64,000 bases of DNA from Octopus bimaculoides (GCF_001194135.2 NC_068987.1:96496982-96560981); one strand, 5' to 3'; numbered from the stretch's first letter, positions 37,741 to 52,325 are shown. The notes: generated by a model not told the origin, from the letters alone. Numbers and translations are program-made.

Positions 37741-38899
37741 TTGTTGTTATTAGCACCAAATTTAGAGTAATTGCCAAAGGTAGAGTAATTTAATTTCCTT
37801 GTGCCACATATCTAGCAATTACAGCTGCTAATTCCCCACAAACATTCCTTCATTTAATTACTATAAATCAAAGTTATATCATTTTTCTTTTTTTTTTCTG
37901 CAGGAACATGAAAATGCTGCAAGTAAGAAGAATCAAACAAAGAAAAATATTCAAGAAAAATTTACAAATAAAATTTTAAAAAACGACTGTTTTTACAATT
38001 TAAAACAAAGAAATTTTCTTCAAAATGTAACAATTTAACAGTACAACGAATCATGATCTGTTACAATATCAAAACAACTTGACATATATCAGATATCGGT
38101 GCTTAAAGATTACAGGAAAGGTGCTTGCAGAAATACAGTCAGAAGCAAAGAGTAAAATTTTGCAGTGAAGGAGAGGAACTGTGTGTGTAACATTGAGACA
38201 AACAACATCAAATAGCATTATTAAACAGAAATATATCCATTATATATTGTGAAGAAAAAAAAATATATATATATATAAATATACATATCATCTATACATA
38301 ATATTTATGTATATACAACTATTATTTTATGCATATGACTGATGGAGTATACTGCCTCAAGTATCGGAATTTCATCAGATGGAAGATATTTTCAACCAAA
38401 AGATAAAATGGCAAGAGTATAAACAGAGTGATACAAAAAATATTATGGAAAAAAAGCCTCAGCTAAACAACTAAGAATGAAAATACAAGATATCTAATTT
38501 TTAAACTGATTAACTATATACACACACAAAACATAGGCATATATATATACACAGACACATACAACCAACTACCAACTGCACTATTTCCACTTTATTTTTG
38601 ACAGGAAATTAAATACTAAATTGTTAGTCTACACAAGATAGTAAAGTCACAAAATATGTTAACTAACTATACCTAATTCTTAAAAAAAAAAAGAAAATCC
38701 ATACAATTAATATCTGCATTAATCAATGTAACACTATGGTCTTGCAGTTGTTCTATAAGATACTGTGAATTTCCCCAAAAGTTACATATTCATCAAGGGA
38801 ATACACTATTCACACCTACAGCTACATGCCCTACAAAAACACTTTACATTTAGCCTCTTTTTGAAATCCCACTGCACATACTAAAAAGTTTCTGTATCC

Positions 38900-39470
38900 A
38901 TTAGATAATTCACTAAGAAACAACAATTCTACAGAATAATGCATATGTAGTAGAGAATGGTATAGTGTAGAAGATACACTACTCTAGGAGATACTAAACA
39001 TTCACTCAAGAATGGTGCATTATGGAAACATATTCAATTCTACAAGGTACTGAACATTTACTGAAAAACTTTATATTGTAGTTCTATATGACATTATGCA
39101 TTGATAAGAGAACTAACTGTATTATAGAAAAATATATCTACTTCACAATATACTACACAAGCACCATAGAATTGTTTATGATAGAAACATCCAACTGTAC
39201 AAGACACAACATATTCATTAGAGAACTGCGCATTGTAGAACATGTACCTAAAAGATACTACACGTGTTCATGCATTAGAGAACTGTGTATTGTAGAAAAG
39301 ACACTATGTATTAATTAGAGAATTGCATGTTCTAGAAAAACACCCAATTCTACAAAACACTATATGCTCACTGAAGAATTACGTATTTATAAGAAACAGA
39401 CCTGCTACACAAAACTCTATCCATTACTGTGTATTATAGAAGTATATATCTAATTCTACAGGATTACTAC
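38900..39470. repeat. old degenerate minisatellite (~50-60 bp units)
   Basis: Recurring cattagagaactg(t/c)gtattgtagaaaa...aattctacaa motifs. Confidence 0.55.
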
Positions 39471-39814
39471 ACATTCAGTAGATAAAATGCATAAACTTCA
39501 GCAAACATAACCAACTGAATAGTCTGTATCAGACAACACATGTAAGATATTGGTGTGGGTGTATGTACATATGTATTTATGTAGATAGATATATAGACAG
39601 AAACAGAGAGAGAGAGAGAGAGAGAGAGGCTCAGACAGATTATTAGAGAGAGAGGGAAAGAGAGAGAGTCAGAAAGTGAAGAAAAGAGTTTGAAAGTATT
39701 TGAGAGAACAAAAGAAAATTCAAATGAAAGTTCAAGCTGATCAACAGTTTCTTGTTTATATGGGAGAAGAACAAGATTTGTTGTCGTATAAAAGTTGTTA
39801 ACAGAAATACTCAC

Positions 39815-39931
39815 TATCCTAGTTTGAGTTTCGTCTTCCAGACGTTTCTTGGCCTCGGCAACTAGACTATCGAGACCAGCACGGGATGTTTGGTATGTCT
39901 CTCGTTCGATATCGATGTCTTGTTTCGTCAG
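39815..39931 (-). CDS. RUFY: RUFY-family gene exon (coiled coil)
   Basis: LTKQDIDIERETYQTSRAGLDSLVAEAKKRLEDETQTRI (39 codons, phase 0-0). Acceptor tttgcAG, donor GTGAGT. Confidence 0.92.
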
Positions 39932-40509
39932 CTGCAAACGATAATGGGCAACAATCCAAAAGTGAACATCACAAATCCACATCTGGGTGGTGCCAGATTA
40001 TTTAGAGGAAGAAGATAACAAAAAAAAAAAAAATGAAATTCCTGTAGTGATGGTGGAGCACTAATCCCCATTGACAAAAGGCTCTTCTATCCACCACTCA
40101 TCACCAAATCCTGGATTGGTTTCTTGATTAATAGATTGCATACTCCTGATGAAGTTAGTGTAACTATATGAGTATTGATTAGATAAGCAGTATAAGGCAA
40201 ATATCATATTGCAACACCATCCATGTTCCTCAGACACCTTATAAATCTCACTCTTTCTGTCACTATCACAGACATCTTGATATTTCAACAACTCAAAACA
40301 ATGATCTTTGTTGCAGTTAATCAGATTTATTGTTGCATTTGATGTTGATGATGATGAGAATGATGAGGATGCTGATAGGATAACAATAGTGGTGTCATCA
40401 ATGTTGATAGTGGCTATGATGATGATGATGATGACAACAATGGCCATGAAAATGGTGGTGATAAAAAAAAAAGACGATGATAATAATGATGAAAACAATG
40501 ATGATAAGT

Positions 40510-40760
40510 GAGACCCATAATGAAACACTGCTTCCACATCTGGAACAGTGCTGCTGCTATGCACACAGACATCCTGGACTACATCCACAGAAAGGCCACT
40601 CAACTGATTTGCATTAAATCACAAACAGACATTCCAGCCTTTGGCCCACAGATGTGTTGTCTTCTCTCTCTAACTTTCCAACTGTTACTATAATGATTTC
40701 TATTCTTCAGAGTTGGCTGATCTCATCTCTCCATGTTTTCACCACCATTGTTGTATTCAC
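40510..40760 (+). mobile_element. CR1/L2/Jockey-type LINE 3' fragment
   Basis: RPIMKHCFHIWNSAAAMHTDILDYIHRKATQLI resembles the RP.MEYCSHIW......LLD.IQ.KA.RLI motif. Confidence 0.55.
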
Positions 40761-41504
40761 TGCTATGCCCAGTCTTTCCTCCCCAAGAATATCAGTTATA
40801 CAAATTTTTTTTAAAAAACCCACTAGCACAGGCTTGTTCTGATAGAATAGACATAAAGACGTTTAGGTAGACAACCACATCTTCAGAAATAACTCACATG
40901 TCCAGCTTCAATTTCATCTATGACTGTTTTATTTTCTACAATGCAGTGGCTGGCAGTATGAAGTGAAGTGTGACAGTTGAGATATGTTTCACCTGTCTCA
41001 ATGTCCCATATACTCATTCATGTTGGAAGGTTCCAAGGCATGTGTTTCTGTTTCTAGTTGTTAGGCTTTTATGGTTTGGTATAAACTGTAGTAAAGACTG
41101 ATAAAATCTATGTTCTTAAAATCCTTAAATTATCTTTCAATTTTGACATTTTGTATTTCAGCATGACTGATATGCAATGTACATCACAGCAGACTACACA
41201 GCTATAACACCTATAGTTTTGTGGCCCAAAGTCAGCTCTGATCAAGATCTATAAAATGAAATACCAGTAGAATGATGTAAAGTCATCTCACAGAAAAACG
41301 TGTAGATCAATACACCAGCTGTATTTCATAAAACTGGAAAATGATTTATTTTCAATGATCAGAAGGTACTGTAGCATAATTGTCAAGTACTACAAAAGAC
41401 ACTATTACAAAAGTCCAAGTTCTCAAGTTAAGATTGGCATAAAATAGTTGGTTATCACAGAATCACGATGCTCAAATGTTTTGACCAATTTGGTCAAAAA
41501 TACA

Positions 41505-41770
41505 TATCATCATCATAGTTTTTACATCTGATTTTCATGATGGCATTGGTTAGACAGGTCAGTTTTGACAGAGAATCTCTCCACTTGTTGTAGTCCTTCA
41601 TCATCTCCTTTGTAAAATTCAGCATCCTATGATCATCCCTGACCACTTCTATTTATGTCTTCTTCAGTTTTCGTCTTTTGCAAGATCGCTTAGCACTTCT
41701 TTATTCAACTGTCATCTTCCATATCCATCACATGTTGTTCCATGCCAGCACAAACTTCTGTTCTAAGTAG
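41505..41770 (-). mobile_element. RTE-like LINE 3' end fragment
   Basis: Minus strand KRRKLKKT*IEVVRDDHRMLNFTKEMMKDYNKWR resembles RGRPRKTW.EVVR.DL..LNL..EMT.DR..WR. Confidence 0.6.
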
Positions 41771-44539
41771 CACAGTTGTTTCCACTTATATCTAATTTTT
41801 CTCAGGTCAATTGTATTTCACTGTTCATGCACACAAACAGTACACATTCAGTGGAGCATACTCACTTCATTTCAGCCTTTGCATATCCACCACATTTAGC
41901 ACCCATGTCTAGCTATCATGCAACACTGTATGTTGTACAAAGTATCACACAATTTGCCTATCATCTATAAAAAAAAAAAAGCTTTTGAAAAACCCCAAAC
42001 TTTTTCCACTGCATCCTTAATCTGGCTACTGCGATTTTTTGCAATATTGCATCTACTGCTTATTAAATCACTGAAGTGACAGATGCTATTGACTATCATT
42101 AATGAGCCCTCTGAGCAATTAAGATACACTCTGAAACCAACATTAAGCAGTACTCACAAAAGATTTAATTAAAAAATTCATTATAAATATACTTAAATCC
42201 ATCTTCCCAATTTTCTTGGAATATAGAGTTAACTTCATTTAGTTTTGCATTCTGTCTTTGAAGAGAAAATATGGCCGGGAGCTTTTACATCTATTTTGCT
42301 TGTAAACTGACGTAAGTGAATTCATAATGCATAATCTTAATACATAATGGATATTTTTAATTGTAAATACCAAGAGAGAACAGATTAAAACTGAATTTGG
42401 AATAGATATTTTCACTGTAGTTTTATTTGCTAGATATGTAACTACAATTTATGAAAGTTGAAAAAGAAATGTAAACAAAAAGTGAAACTTGTCATCAAAG
42501 TTATTAGTCAATGTGTGTGTGTATTATATATATAGAACAAGTGTCTTTTACTATACCCTAAGTCCAACCAAAGCCATGTGAGTAGATTTGATAGATGGGA
42601 AGTATAGGTATAAGCAGGGCTGTGAGGTTAAGAACTTCACTTCTCAACCACATGGCTTCAGGTTCTGTTCCTTGGGGTAGCACCTTGGGCAAGTATCTTC
42701 TGCAATAGCTCCATGCCAATCAAAACCTTGTGAGTGAATTCAGACAATGAAAGAAGATTGTTGTGCACATGCACGCGCACGTGTGTGAGTGAGAGAGAGA
42801 GAAAGAGAAAGAGAGAGAGAGAGAGTGAGTATGCGTGTTTACACCTGTGACTATGGAAGCTGTGATATATGGGTGGTTTTGTTACTGGCAGGTCTCCTTT
42901 CAACAACTCATCTGCTCCCTTCACCTCCTTTGAAGTTGTGAAGGGCTAGAGATCCCATACTTGAAAAACAGACAAGGGTTAGGGACAGAAAGTGCAGCCA
43001 GCTGTAAAACAATGCCTCAATAGCATACTTGGTCAACCCATTCTTGCATGGGTTGGCCAAATGCATTTATTTATATAAATATATATATCATCATCATCAA
43101 CATAAATAAGTAATATGAATACGTGATGCATTTTCAGTGAAAAAATGTCATGAATTATTGATGGAATATTTTTGAGGTGGAGTTATCAAAAAGTAGGGTT
43201 ACGAGATGATTGGGAAGAATTGGGTCCAAATTAAAGATTAAAGAATTCTAAAAGCAACTAACTCATTAATATCTCCACAGAAAACAAGAGGATAAATATC
43301 ATATTTATCCAGCTGCCAAATGATTACAAGCATTCTGTCCTGTACAAATGCTCTAAGATGTCTTGAATGACCATTTTTATCTGAATCCAACTTCACTCTT
43401 TGTACCCAGTAAAATTATTGCATGATGTATGTTCACTTAAATGAGAACATGACTCAGATTTTTATCTAACAGAAGATTCCTCATGAATCCAGTAATTACA
43501 GACCATGGACTCAGTTTTAGACTTATTTAACTTTAAAATCATTTTACAGTTTATAGTGTTGATGCTTTCATTTTAAACAGGAAACAAATCTTTCCATAGC
43601 TACCTATACAGCATTTCAATATTTCAAATATTTGGCTATTTTTGTATGTTTTGGAAAGGCATTTCAGTCCTTATATCTCACATTTGTCTAACGTTTTGTC
43701 AGACTATTTGATGTTGGGTAATATTTGATGCCAAGTCACAAGAAAATTAGAATACCTCTCATGTTTACAAGATATGTGGGTTTGTATCCCATACATAGCT
43801 TTTGACTTTTCTATCCAAAGGGTTTTTTTTACCCACTATTTACCCACAGCTTTATCTTCAAGATACACCATTCCAAAAGAGAATTATTTCCCTCAAAGTT
43901 TATAAATTCTTATGACCTCAACAACATACAATTCTCACTGGTAAGAATAAAGCTTCTAAAATGGATAAAGAACTCCAAAGGATTTCTTTTGTCCCATGGT
44001 ACAACACCTGTCATGTTAACAAGAGATGTAGTTTCAAGTCACACAAGCAGCCTTTGACTTTTCCTATGCAAAAGGCTTTTTAACCCATCTTATATATTTA
44101 CACACTATTATTTATAGCTTTATTTGCTTTGAGATATACTGTTCAAAAAAAAAAAGAAAGAAATAAAAGAAAAGAAATGAAATGTTTGAGCATTGTCAAT
44201 GTAGTAGTAAACTTGTGTCTCATTGTTATATGAGACAGCATGATTAGTACATATCCACAATTTTATTTGCATGGAAACATCAAGATTGATTAAAGACTAT
44301 ATAAGGGAAAGATTACCAAACATTGCTGTGAGCAATAAAACTGATCTCATAAATTAATCGTTGTTGCCTGTGAAAAGTAGTGAAAGAGGAGCATTTGTTG
44401 ATAACATTTAATTTTTTAGTGTAGGTTATTCACTTGATGATTAATCTAAGTTCAAACTTGTGGTTGACCACTTTCTCATGTTTTTTTAAATATTGTACAC
44501 CTGTAAAAACTAACACAGTTTCTAAATCATATATTAGGT

Positions 44540-44810
44540 TAATGTTAAATTCTTTCATTCAAAATACACAATTAACATCTTCAATACCTTTGACATCAAA
44601 TCAGACAATCTGATACTACTTTGTCCAAATACATATGGATTCTTGAAATCCAATAAAAATAATTCTTTGCTATGACTATTCTGATTCTAATAAACTATGC
44701 CAACTTTGCATTCTGAAACACTGGAAATATTATTCCCCCATCAGTCTCTACTGCACTGTAATTTAGAGCTTGTAGCTTATATAAATGGTCAAAGTTGCTC
44801 AAGTATTCTA
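44540..44810 (+). mobile_element. Penelope-like endonuclease C-terminal relic
   Basis: TTLSKYIWIL and SNKLCQLCIL fragments match the PLE TLSKYIW / C.LC motifs downstream of GIY-YIG. Confidence 0.45.
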
Positions 44811-45699
44811 CAATTATAAATGCTGAATTTAGTTACTGGGAGTAACCTCCCTTTATATACTCTTATTTAGCTCCTTTATAATTTTTGATAATTATGAGGT
44901 GCATGCAGAACAATGAGAATCCAAACAATGCATCCATTCATTCTCAATATATTTTGGTAGACTCAAATGTGTTTAGATTCTTGCTATTCTGCATGTAGTT
45001 CATGAATTATGTTTTGGAAAAAATCAGCAAACATCATCAAATTATTTATTGGTTGATTTCTATAAACAAGAGCCTGTACTCTTGTTAAATTCATTGGTCT
45101 GGTGGTGGTAGCTCTCACTGAAGAGACACATAATAAGGTTGAAACACCACAGTATCTCAAAGAACACCTTCTGCCAGTGAATCACATATGTTATGAATAC
45201 ATGTCATCTAAAGAGAGGAGATGTTCTCTGATGATGAAAAATGACAGTAATCATGTATTCATGTTCAAATTTACCAGAACATGTTGAGAATGAATAGATA
45301 TATTATTGTTTAAATTTTCTCAAAAAAAATATGACACCAACAAGATATGTATTTTCCATAAATTTCTTCCCGTTTACTTTTTATACATACTTTTCAACTT
45401 CACTGACCAAATTCTACCCTCTTTACCAGATAACATACTTTTTGAATCATTTCACTCCAACCGATTTTTCAACATTTGAAATTAATCATGTTGTTCTCTA
45501 TATTTCAAATTCACCAATCTTAACCAATCTATCTGTTTTGCTATTAATATACCTGCCATCGTTTCTCCATTTTTTTTCTCTATTACCACACAATTTTCCC
45601 TCCTCTCTCTCTCTTTCTTTCTTCTACCACCCTTACCTAACCCCTTACTATATATACAATTTTGTTAAGCTTCCTTCATTACAATTTGATAATTTTCAT

Positions 45700-46990
45700 G
45701 ATTAAACTTTATAACTCTCTTTGTAACTCTCTCTGCCACTTTCACGACAAAGTAATTTCTTAGTTACTTTGTCTTTCTACAGCATCTCCTTAGCTCTCAT
45801 AACAGTTCATGGTGATGTTCTCATCATTATGAATACCACCTCCTTGAACTGCTTGACTATGTGAATAACCAATACACATACTATGTCACCTTGGAAACTA
45901 ACCATGAATAGCTAGTTGTTTTATGTACTTTCAAATTATTAATGACCTTTTTTACTATATAGCAGTCAAACTCAATAATGAATCCCTCTGTTGAGTCAAC
46001 TAGTCTTTTTCTTTACCCCACACATCCTCAAAGGATTATTTTCATGCCTCTTTCCTTTCAGTGTCCATAAGGGTGTGTATACACCACTATAATTCTGTAT
46101 GCATTTTTCACCAACAATAACCTAATTTATTTATCCTGACACTGCCTCACAATCTGAAACTGAAGTGTTTGATCTGCACAATATAGAGCATTAGCAAACC
46201 TCTTACAATTTGTTTCCTTCTTTGCTAACTATCTATATAGATGTCTAGTTTCTCTTCTAACTTCTCAGTAGTGTTCCTTCCTCCACTCTTTCAAGGCATA
46301 CATCTTAACTTTTATAGTTCTAGCCTCTGTACAATTCCACAGCCATGTCACCCTCTGTTTTCCTAGAAATGGGATCTTGTCCCAATCACAAACCTGATCT
46401 GAATCTCACAGCAATGCCCAATTGTCCTCTATGTCAACTGCTATCTCCTCTTCCTCTAATTGCAGATACTGTAAAATACATTTTGGGAGTTATGGATGAC
46501 AGTAGGATGTTTCAGCTGATATACCTTCCTTCTCCAGTTTGTCTTCACCTTCAAGCTCTTATCCAGAAGTCACTAATTACTAATCTATGTTGAGTAGTAC
46601 ATTTTGCACAGGAGGAAGACTCAGCAATCACAATCAGTTGCCTATGCCATTTCCTGATGACTATGTCTATCTGGTGAGCATATTTGTCTAAGTATTTGGT
46701 GATTGGATGGCTCACCAACTTTCTGTTTATGTTACAAATGATTAGATGACCTGCATCACATAATTCTAGAAGCCTCGATCCTTCTTCATATCTTGTACTG
46801 TGGTCATATCAGAGTATCCATCCTGTTGTTCCAGCATGCCAATTAAAATCACCAATCATAATAATAAGGTCATCTTTGTCTGTTTGCAAAGTGGTCTGTC
46901 AGAGGGACTTATAAAAAGTTCTTTTGTTCCTCTGTCAATCCTGACAACGGAACATAGGCAAAAACTACCACTGCTGTCATAACCCCCTAT
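45700..46990 (-). mobile_element. decayed RTE LINE: AP endonuclease to start of RT
   Basis: Minus strand LIIMIGDFNWHAG, EEGSRLLELCDAGHLIICN, HQIDIVIRK, QHRLVISDFWI, RVTWLWN and MNCYES*GDAVER match the APE motifs (GDFN, QID, HRLV) and the RTE VTWWWN and NCYKGKGDAL motifs. Confidence 0.8.
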
Positions 46991-47653
46991 CACTAGTCTA
47001 AGTTCAATTATCCTGTTGTATTCTCTGTCTATGTTCATTAATGTATCTATCCCTATTTTTGATGTTATTATGAATAACAGTAACATAAAAGTGACAACTT
47101 TTCATTTTTTTTTTTAACAACCTTGTTAGTTTCAATGTAAATACAAAACCTAACATATCATTAACATAACTAGTTTTCCATGCTGTTATGGTTTTGTACA
47201 GGTTTGCAAGGACTGTAAGTTTAGAGTGCATGAAAAACATTTGTTCCAAGAACATGGAAGTATCACATTTTTGTGAACCCAATTTTTTACTCAGAAGACT
47301 TGGGTCAACCTGAGGTTATGATAGAAGACACTTGCCCAAATGCCATACTGTGGGCTCAAACCTGGGTCCTTGCGATTGCAAAGTGAACTTCTTCACCACT
47401 CAGCTGTATAAACACACCAGACTATGGACTGGTGTGTGCTCTAGCTTCAAAGCTTACAATACTTTGTTACAACAGTGACTTGACAACAAGGTGACAACAG
47501 AGAGAAATAAAAAAAAAGGAGAGTGACAGAGATAGAGAAAAAACGAGAGAGAGAGAGAGCAAGAGTACAACAATTATAAAGGACAACAGTCAGAAAGACA
47601 AACAGACATTGGCAAACCAACTCCTAAAAACACAAAAGGTGGAGTTAACTAAC

Positions 47654-47825
47654 CTCAAGCTTCCGTTTGTGATCATTTAAAAGAATATCCTTTTCTTTTT
47701 TAATTGTACTATTTTCTTCTTGTAGAGTTAAGATGGTGTTTTTGGTTATTGCTAAATCTTCCTTCATAAGAGCATTTGTGGTCTGCACACTCTCCAGTTT
47801 CTGCTGTAGATTGGTTACTGTGGCG
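47654..47825 (-). CDS. RUFY: RUFY-family gene exon (coiled coil)
   Basis: (N)ATVTNLQQKLESVQTTNALMKEDLAITKNTILTLQEENSTIKKEKDILLNDHKRKLE; 172 nt, phase 2-0. Acceptor ttttcAG, donor GTTAGT. Confidence 0.92.
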
Positions 47826-48207
47826 CTGAAAAGAAAACAGAATATAATAAAGTAATGTATAAAAAAAAATGGTTTCAATGTTCAATATTCTAGCCATAAC
47901 ATTACAGATTCCATGTGGTACAAGCTAAGTAAAGCAAGGCACATCACTCTGCTTGGCCAAGGTTGGCTTGCTGACAAAATTTTTTTAAATCCCCACATAA
48001 TTTTACAGTCCAGTTGTTAGCAGCAGGAAAGGGGTCCTTCTGTTACAATATCTATAACAGTGTATCAAGGAAAATAAACCTTCCTTTTGTGTACTCATCA
48101 AGAAAGTTTTGATAAACACACTATTATTAGTATTATCATGGAAGGGAGGTAAAAACATTTAGAGGAATAAAACAAATTTTTAAAGAAAGAAGAGGAAAAA
48201 CAAAAAG

Positions 48208-48239
<32 letters not shown>

Positions 48240-48741
48240 AGAGTGTTTACATTGTAATAAAAAGTGAAATAAGGAGTGAACTATGGAAAGGATTAAAAAT
48301 TGATGTCAGGAATTGAGTATAGAATGGAGCAAAAAAAGAAAGAAGTAAAGCAAACAGTAAGAGAGCAGCAAAACTGTCCTTCATAATGGACAATTTACAG
48401 ATAGTTTTGTACCACCATATACTTCTTTTATTCTAAACCTGGAGAAGGCAACAGGAGAGAGAGGTTGAATCATTACAGCAGTGCTTCTCAAACATTTTTA
48501 AATATCACCCTAGTATATCAACACAAAACCAGCTACCAATGTACCAATAAGGTACCAGCTACAACTGTATCAATGTACCAACACTGAATTTGCTATTAAT
48601 ATACCAAGCTATTAATATAGCATCATGACCAATAAAACAACTGCTAATGTAGTCTTGAACCAATGTATTGATTTACAAGTCACTAATGTATAAAAATTAG
48701 TGCATATAAAAAGGAAACAAAAGCATTCAAGGTTTTTTTAC

Positions 48742-48816
48742 TTCAAATGTCGATTCAGCTCCTCCAGATAGTTCTTCTGGTCAAGAATGGTAGCCATCTT
48801 TGATTTTCCTTCAGCA
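48742..48816 (-). CDS. RUFY: RUFY-family gene exon (not in ORF track)
   Basis: (S)AEGKSKMATILDQKNYLEELNRHL(N); 75 nt, phase 2-2. Acceptor tttctgttttccAG, donor GTAAAA. Conserved ILDQKNY.EELNR motif. Confidence 0.92.
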
Positions 48817-49464
48817 CTGGAAAACAGAAACACAACTTTTAGTATAATTAATAAAATGTACAAGAGACTCACAACCCTAAAAGATTATTGGATGCATAGA
48901 ATTTTAGTTAGTATGGAAAATGGTTAAATCGAAGATCAGACATATAGGATTTGCAACATTTGGTACAGTCAGACTTACAGAAGGGTTGTTCAAATCAGCT
49001 GGATTTTGTGAACTCCACACACATACTAAAGTTCTAAGATACATACACACACAGAAAATCCAATAGAATTACATCAATGTGAGTACAGAAAGAAAGTGAG
49101 GAAGAAAGAAAAAGACCCACAACAATTCAAGTATGTTTGTAATGTGACAAATGTCCAATAGTTACTAAGGGATGCCATAATAGGTGAGGATATTTTATGC
49201 GTCTCCAGAGAATTACTAAGACAGGTAACATCATGTTTACAAAATAACTTACCCTTTTTACTAGACAATTGCAATAATTCAAGCTGAGTGCTTCTTATTT
49301 TGTGGGTTAATCTCATTATCTACACCCCTCAGTAATAATGGCCTTGACCTTCTGAACAAGGTAGATAGAATTTTAATTGGATTAGTGGATTAATATTGAG
49401 GTGAATAATGCAGTACTAAAGTCTCTGGAGATATAAGGAACTGAAGCACAATACATCAAACTTT

Positions 49465-49852
49465 GTTGTTGGCATTCTGTCGGTTATGAGGTCGAGGGTT
49501 CCAGTTGATCCGATCAACGAAACAGCCTGCTCGTGAAATTAACGTGCAACTGGCTGAGCACTCCACAGACACGTGTAACCTTAACGAAGTTCTCGGGGGA
49601 GATTCAGCATGACCCAGAGTGTGACAAGGCTGGCCCTTTGAATTACAGGTACAACAGAAACAGGAAGAAAGAGTGAGAGAAAGTTGTGGTGAAAGAGTAC
49701 AGCCAGGGTTCGCCACCACCTCCTGCCAGAGCCTCATGGAGCATTAGGTGTTTTTGCTCAATAAACACTCACAACGCCCGGTCTGGGAATCGAAACCGTG
49801 ATCTTACGACCGCGAGTCCGCTGCCCTAACCACTAGGCCATTGCGCCTCCAC
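49465..49852 (-). mobile_element. full-length young tRNA-derived SINE, family B
   Basis: Head ggcgcaatggcctagtggttagggcagcggactcgcgg, (CAA)n tail, 12-bp TSD ACATCAAACTTT (49453-49464, 49853-49864). Confidence 0.88.
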
Positions 49853-50261
49853 ACATCAAACTTTACAGGGAGGCAAATATGATATACCTCTGATTTAACC
49901 ACCCAGAAAAGCTGCAGCCAAGAAGAGTGTCAAACAAGGAGACATCACTTTCCACCATTACCAACAACTAATATTATTGTTATGGAGAGTAAATAAGGCA
50001 TTGGATGGTTAGAAAGAGGGGCCAGTATTTTGTTCCCTATTATCAAAGGTGAGCTGTAATGTTGTTGCTAATGCAGGCCAGCCCAAATCAAGCAGGTCTA
50101 TGATCAAAGATACACCCACTGTGACCATTCTAATATAGTCTAATAAAATGTTGTATGTAGCTACTCTAAGTATTAGAACCGACAGCCAATCTCCTCAATA
50201 GGTCACACACTATTGTCTTTAAAAAAGGAGCCATTAGCAAATGAAGTACTTGATGTAAAAA

Positions 50262-50583
50262 TAATCATCATCATCATCATCATCATCATTTAACGTCCGC
50301 TTTCCATGCTAGCATGGATTGGACGATTTGACTGAGGACTGGTGAACCAGATGGCTACACCAGGCTCCAATCTGATTTGGCAGAGTTTCTACAGCTGGAT
50401 GCCCTTCCTAACGCCAAACACTCCGAGAGTGTAGTGGGTGCTTTTACGTGCCACCGGCACGAAGGCCAGTCAGGCGGTACTGGCAACGGCCATGCTCAAA
50501 ACGGTGTATTTTACGTGCCACCTGCACAAAAGCCAGTCTAGCAGCACTGGCAACAACCTCGCTCGAATGTCTTTTCACATGCC
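50262..50583 (-). mobile_element. SINE family D copy (runs into a gap)
   Basis: Near-identical to 20484-20790. Confidence 0.8.
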
Positions 50584-50788
50584 NNNNNNNNNNNNNNNNN
50601 NNNNNNNNNNNNNNNNNNNNNNNNAAACAATAGCAACAACAATAAACAACAACAATCAAGAAGTATTGAATCTCATTAGTGTCATTTGTGCATCGAAAGG
50701 TATCACAATAAACCAAATAAATACCCTTAAAAAATATGCAAGAAGATCTTGCATTTTCTTTCTAATATAAACAAAAGAAAGTAGTTAC

Positions 50789-50859
50789 CTATCAGAGTCA
50801 GGAGTATCCATTGGGACTTTGTTGTCTCTCAAATAAAGGCTGAAATCTATAACACCCAT
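50789..50859 (-). CDS. RUFY: RUFY-family gene exon (not in ORF track)
   Basis: MGVIDFSLYLRDNKVPMDTPDSD(S); 71 nt, phase 0-2. Acceptor ctattttcAG, donor GTAACT. Conserved GVIDFS.YL motif. Confidence 0.92.
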
Positions 50860-51394
50860 CTGAAAATAGAGGAAGCACAATGAATGAGGCTTTGTAAGAG
50901 GTTTTACTTTTAAAAAAATTTTTAAACACTGGTTAACTTGAATGACATTTGCATACTGTAGGTTAGAAATAGGAGACTGTGTGTGGTTTAATGCTAGGTC
51001 AGAAATGAGAAAGTGAATGTTTTAATGGTGTAGATTAGAAACTAATCTACACCATTATTAAAATATGCACTACACAGGGTAGTGCATATTTTAATAGAGG
51101 AAAAATAGTGTATGCTCATTAAACATTGTATTGTTACAAAGTGGAATAGTATCCAGTGTCATAACAGAAAAAAACAGAGTGAGTAATATTTTCCTCGGGT
51201 TATGTAGTGCTTTTAGTACTTGACAAACCAAATATAAGCAACTCAGTTTTGATTCTATGTTTATCACTACATTTTTCTGTTCCAATATTCTTGACAAAAG
51301 CATGAAGATCATAGTTTTCTTCATTTCCCTTCCCTGTAAAAATCTGAGGATTTTTTTTTTGCTTGCTAATGAAAGGAGTTCAGATGTCTGAATT

Positions 51395-51518
51395 TTTAGG
51401 ACATCAGAAGACTATTACCAGAATCTTTAGGACATCAGAAGACTATTACCAAAACCTTTAGGACATCAGAAGACTATTACCAGAATTTTTAGGACATCAG
51501 AAGACTATTACCAGAGTT
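51395..51518. repeat. 31-bp tandem repeat x4
   Basis: Unit tttaggacatcagaagactattaccagaatc with variation only in the last few bases; no spacers. Confidence 0.95.
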
Positions 51519-51970
51519 GCAGTATGCCTGGGTTCAAGAACAACACCAGTCTGTCAAGCTACAAGTAGTAGCTGTAAGTAGTATTAACATTGTAAAACTG
51601 ACATGAGATTCCAGCACTGCTTTTAATTCTATCTACACCTACAAGGATAATTCTGTGGTCTTCAGAGATCATTAAGACCTGCCTGTCCAATACAGATCCA
51701 GCATTAAGACCACATCATCCTACCACTCCTACCTATTTGTATCATGCCACAGAGATTATGAAAAGCTAACAGGGTCAATCAATGTCCCTGGTCATGACTC
51801 TTGTATTATTACTTAAGCCCTTCACTCCTATGGAGTATAGGCCATCAATGACTTTTATTTATTGTTCTTGACACGGGCCTGCCTTATCCAGTTGGGTCCC
51901 TGTTTTTGCAGCGCTACCTCAATATCACACCTCATATGTTTCCTCGAAGAAAGGTCTTCCCCCAGGCCTT

Positions 51971-52325
51971 CATCATCATCATCATCATCATCGTTTAACG
52001 TCCGCTTTCCATGCTAGCATGGGTTGGACGACTTGACTGAGGACTGGTGAAACCGGATGGCAACACCAGTCTCCAATCTAAATTTGGCAGAGTTTCTACA
52101 GCTGGATGCCCTTCCTAACGCCAACCACTCAGAGAGTGTAGTAGGTGCTTTTACGTGTCACCTGCACGAAGGCCAGTCAGGCGATACTGGCAACGGCCAC
52201 GCTCGAAATGGTGTCTTTTATGTGCCACCCGCACAAGCCAGTCCAGGGGCACTGGCAACGATCTCGCTCGAAAATCCTACGGAAGCCAGTCAGGCGGTAC
52301 TGGCAACGGCCACGCTCAAAATGGT
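51971..52325 (-). mobile_element. SINE family D copy with internal sub-repeat duplication
   Basis: Same family as 20484-20790. The gccagtcaggcg.tactggcaacggccacgctc block occurs twice. Confidence 0.8.

Noticed and set aside
43750-44150. Degenerate ~130-bp direct duplication
   Set aside because: Old, low-identity local repeat with no coding or structural signal.
49815-49850. tRNA-like sequences at SINE heads (also ~31616, 55097, 62284)
   Set aside because: A/B boxes are present, but they continue into SINE bodies with tails and TSDs and lack a full cloverleaf. Not called as tRNA genes.
51395-51518. 31-bp direct repeats superficially like a CRISPR array
   Set aside because: Units are contiguous with no unique spacers, there are no cas genes, and the context is eukaryotic. 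It is a minisatellite.
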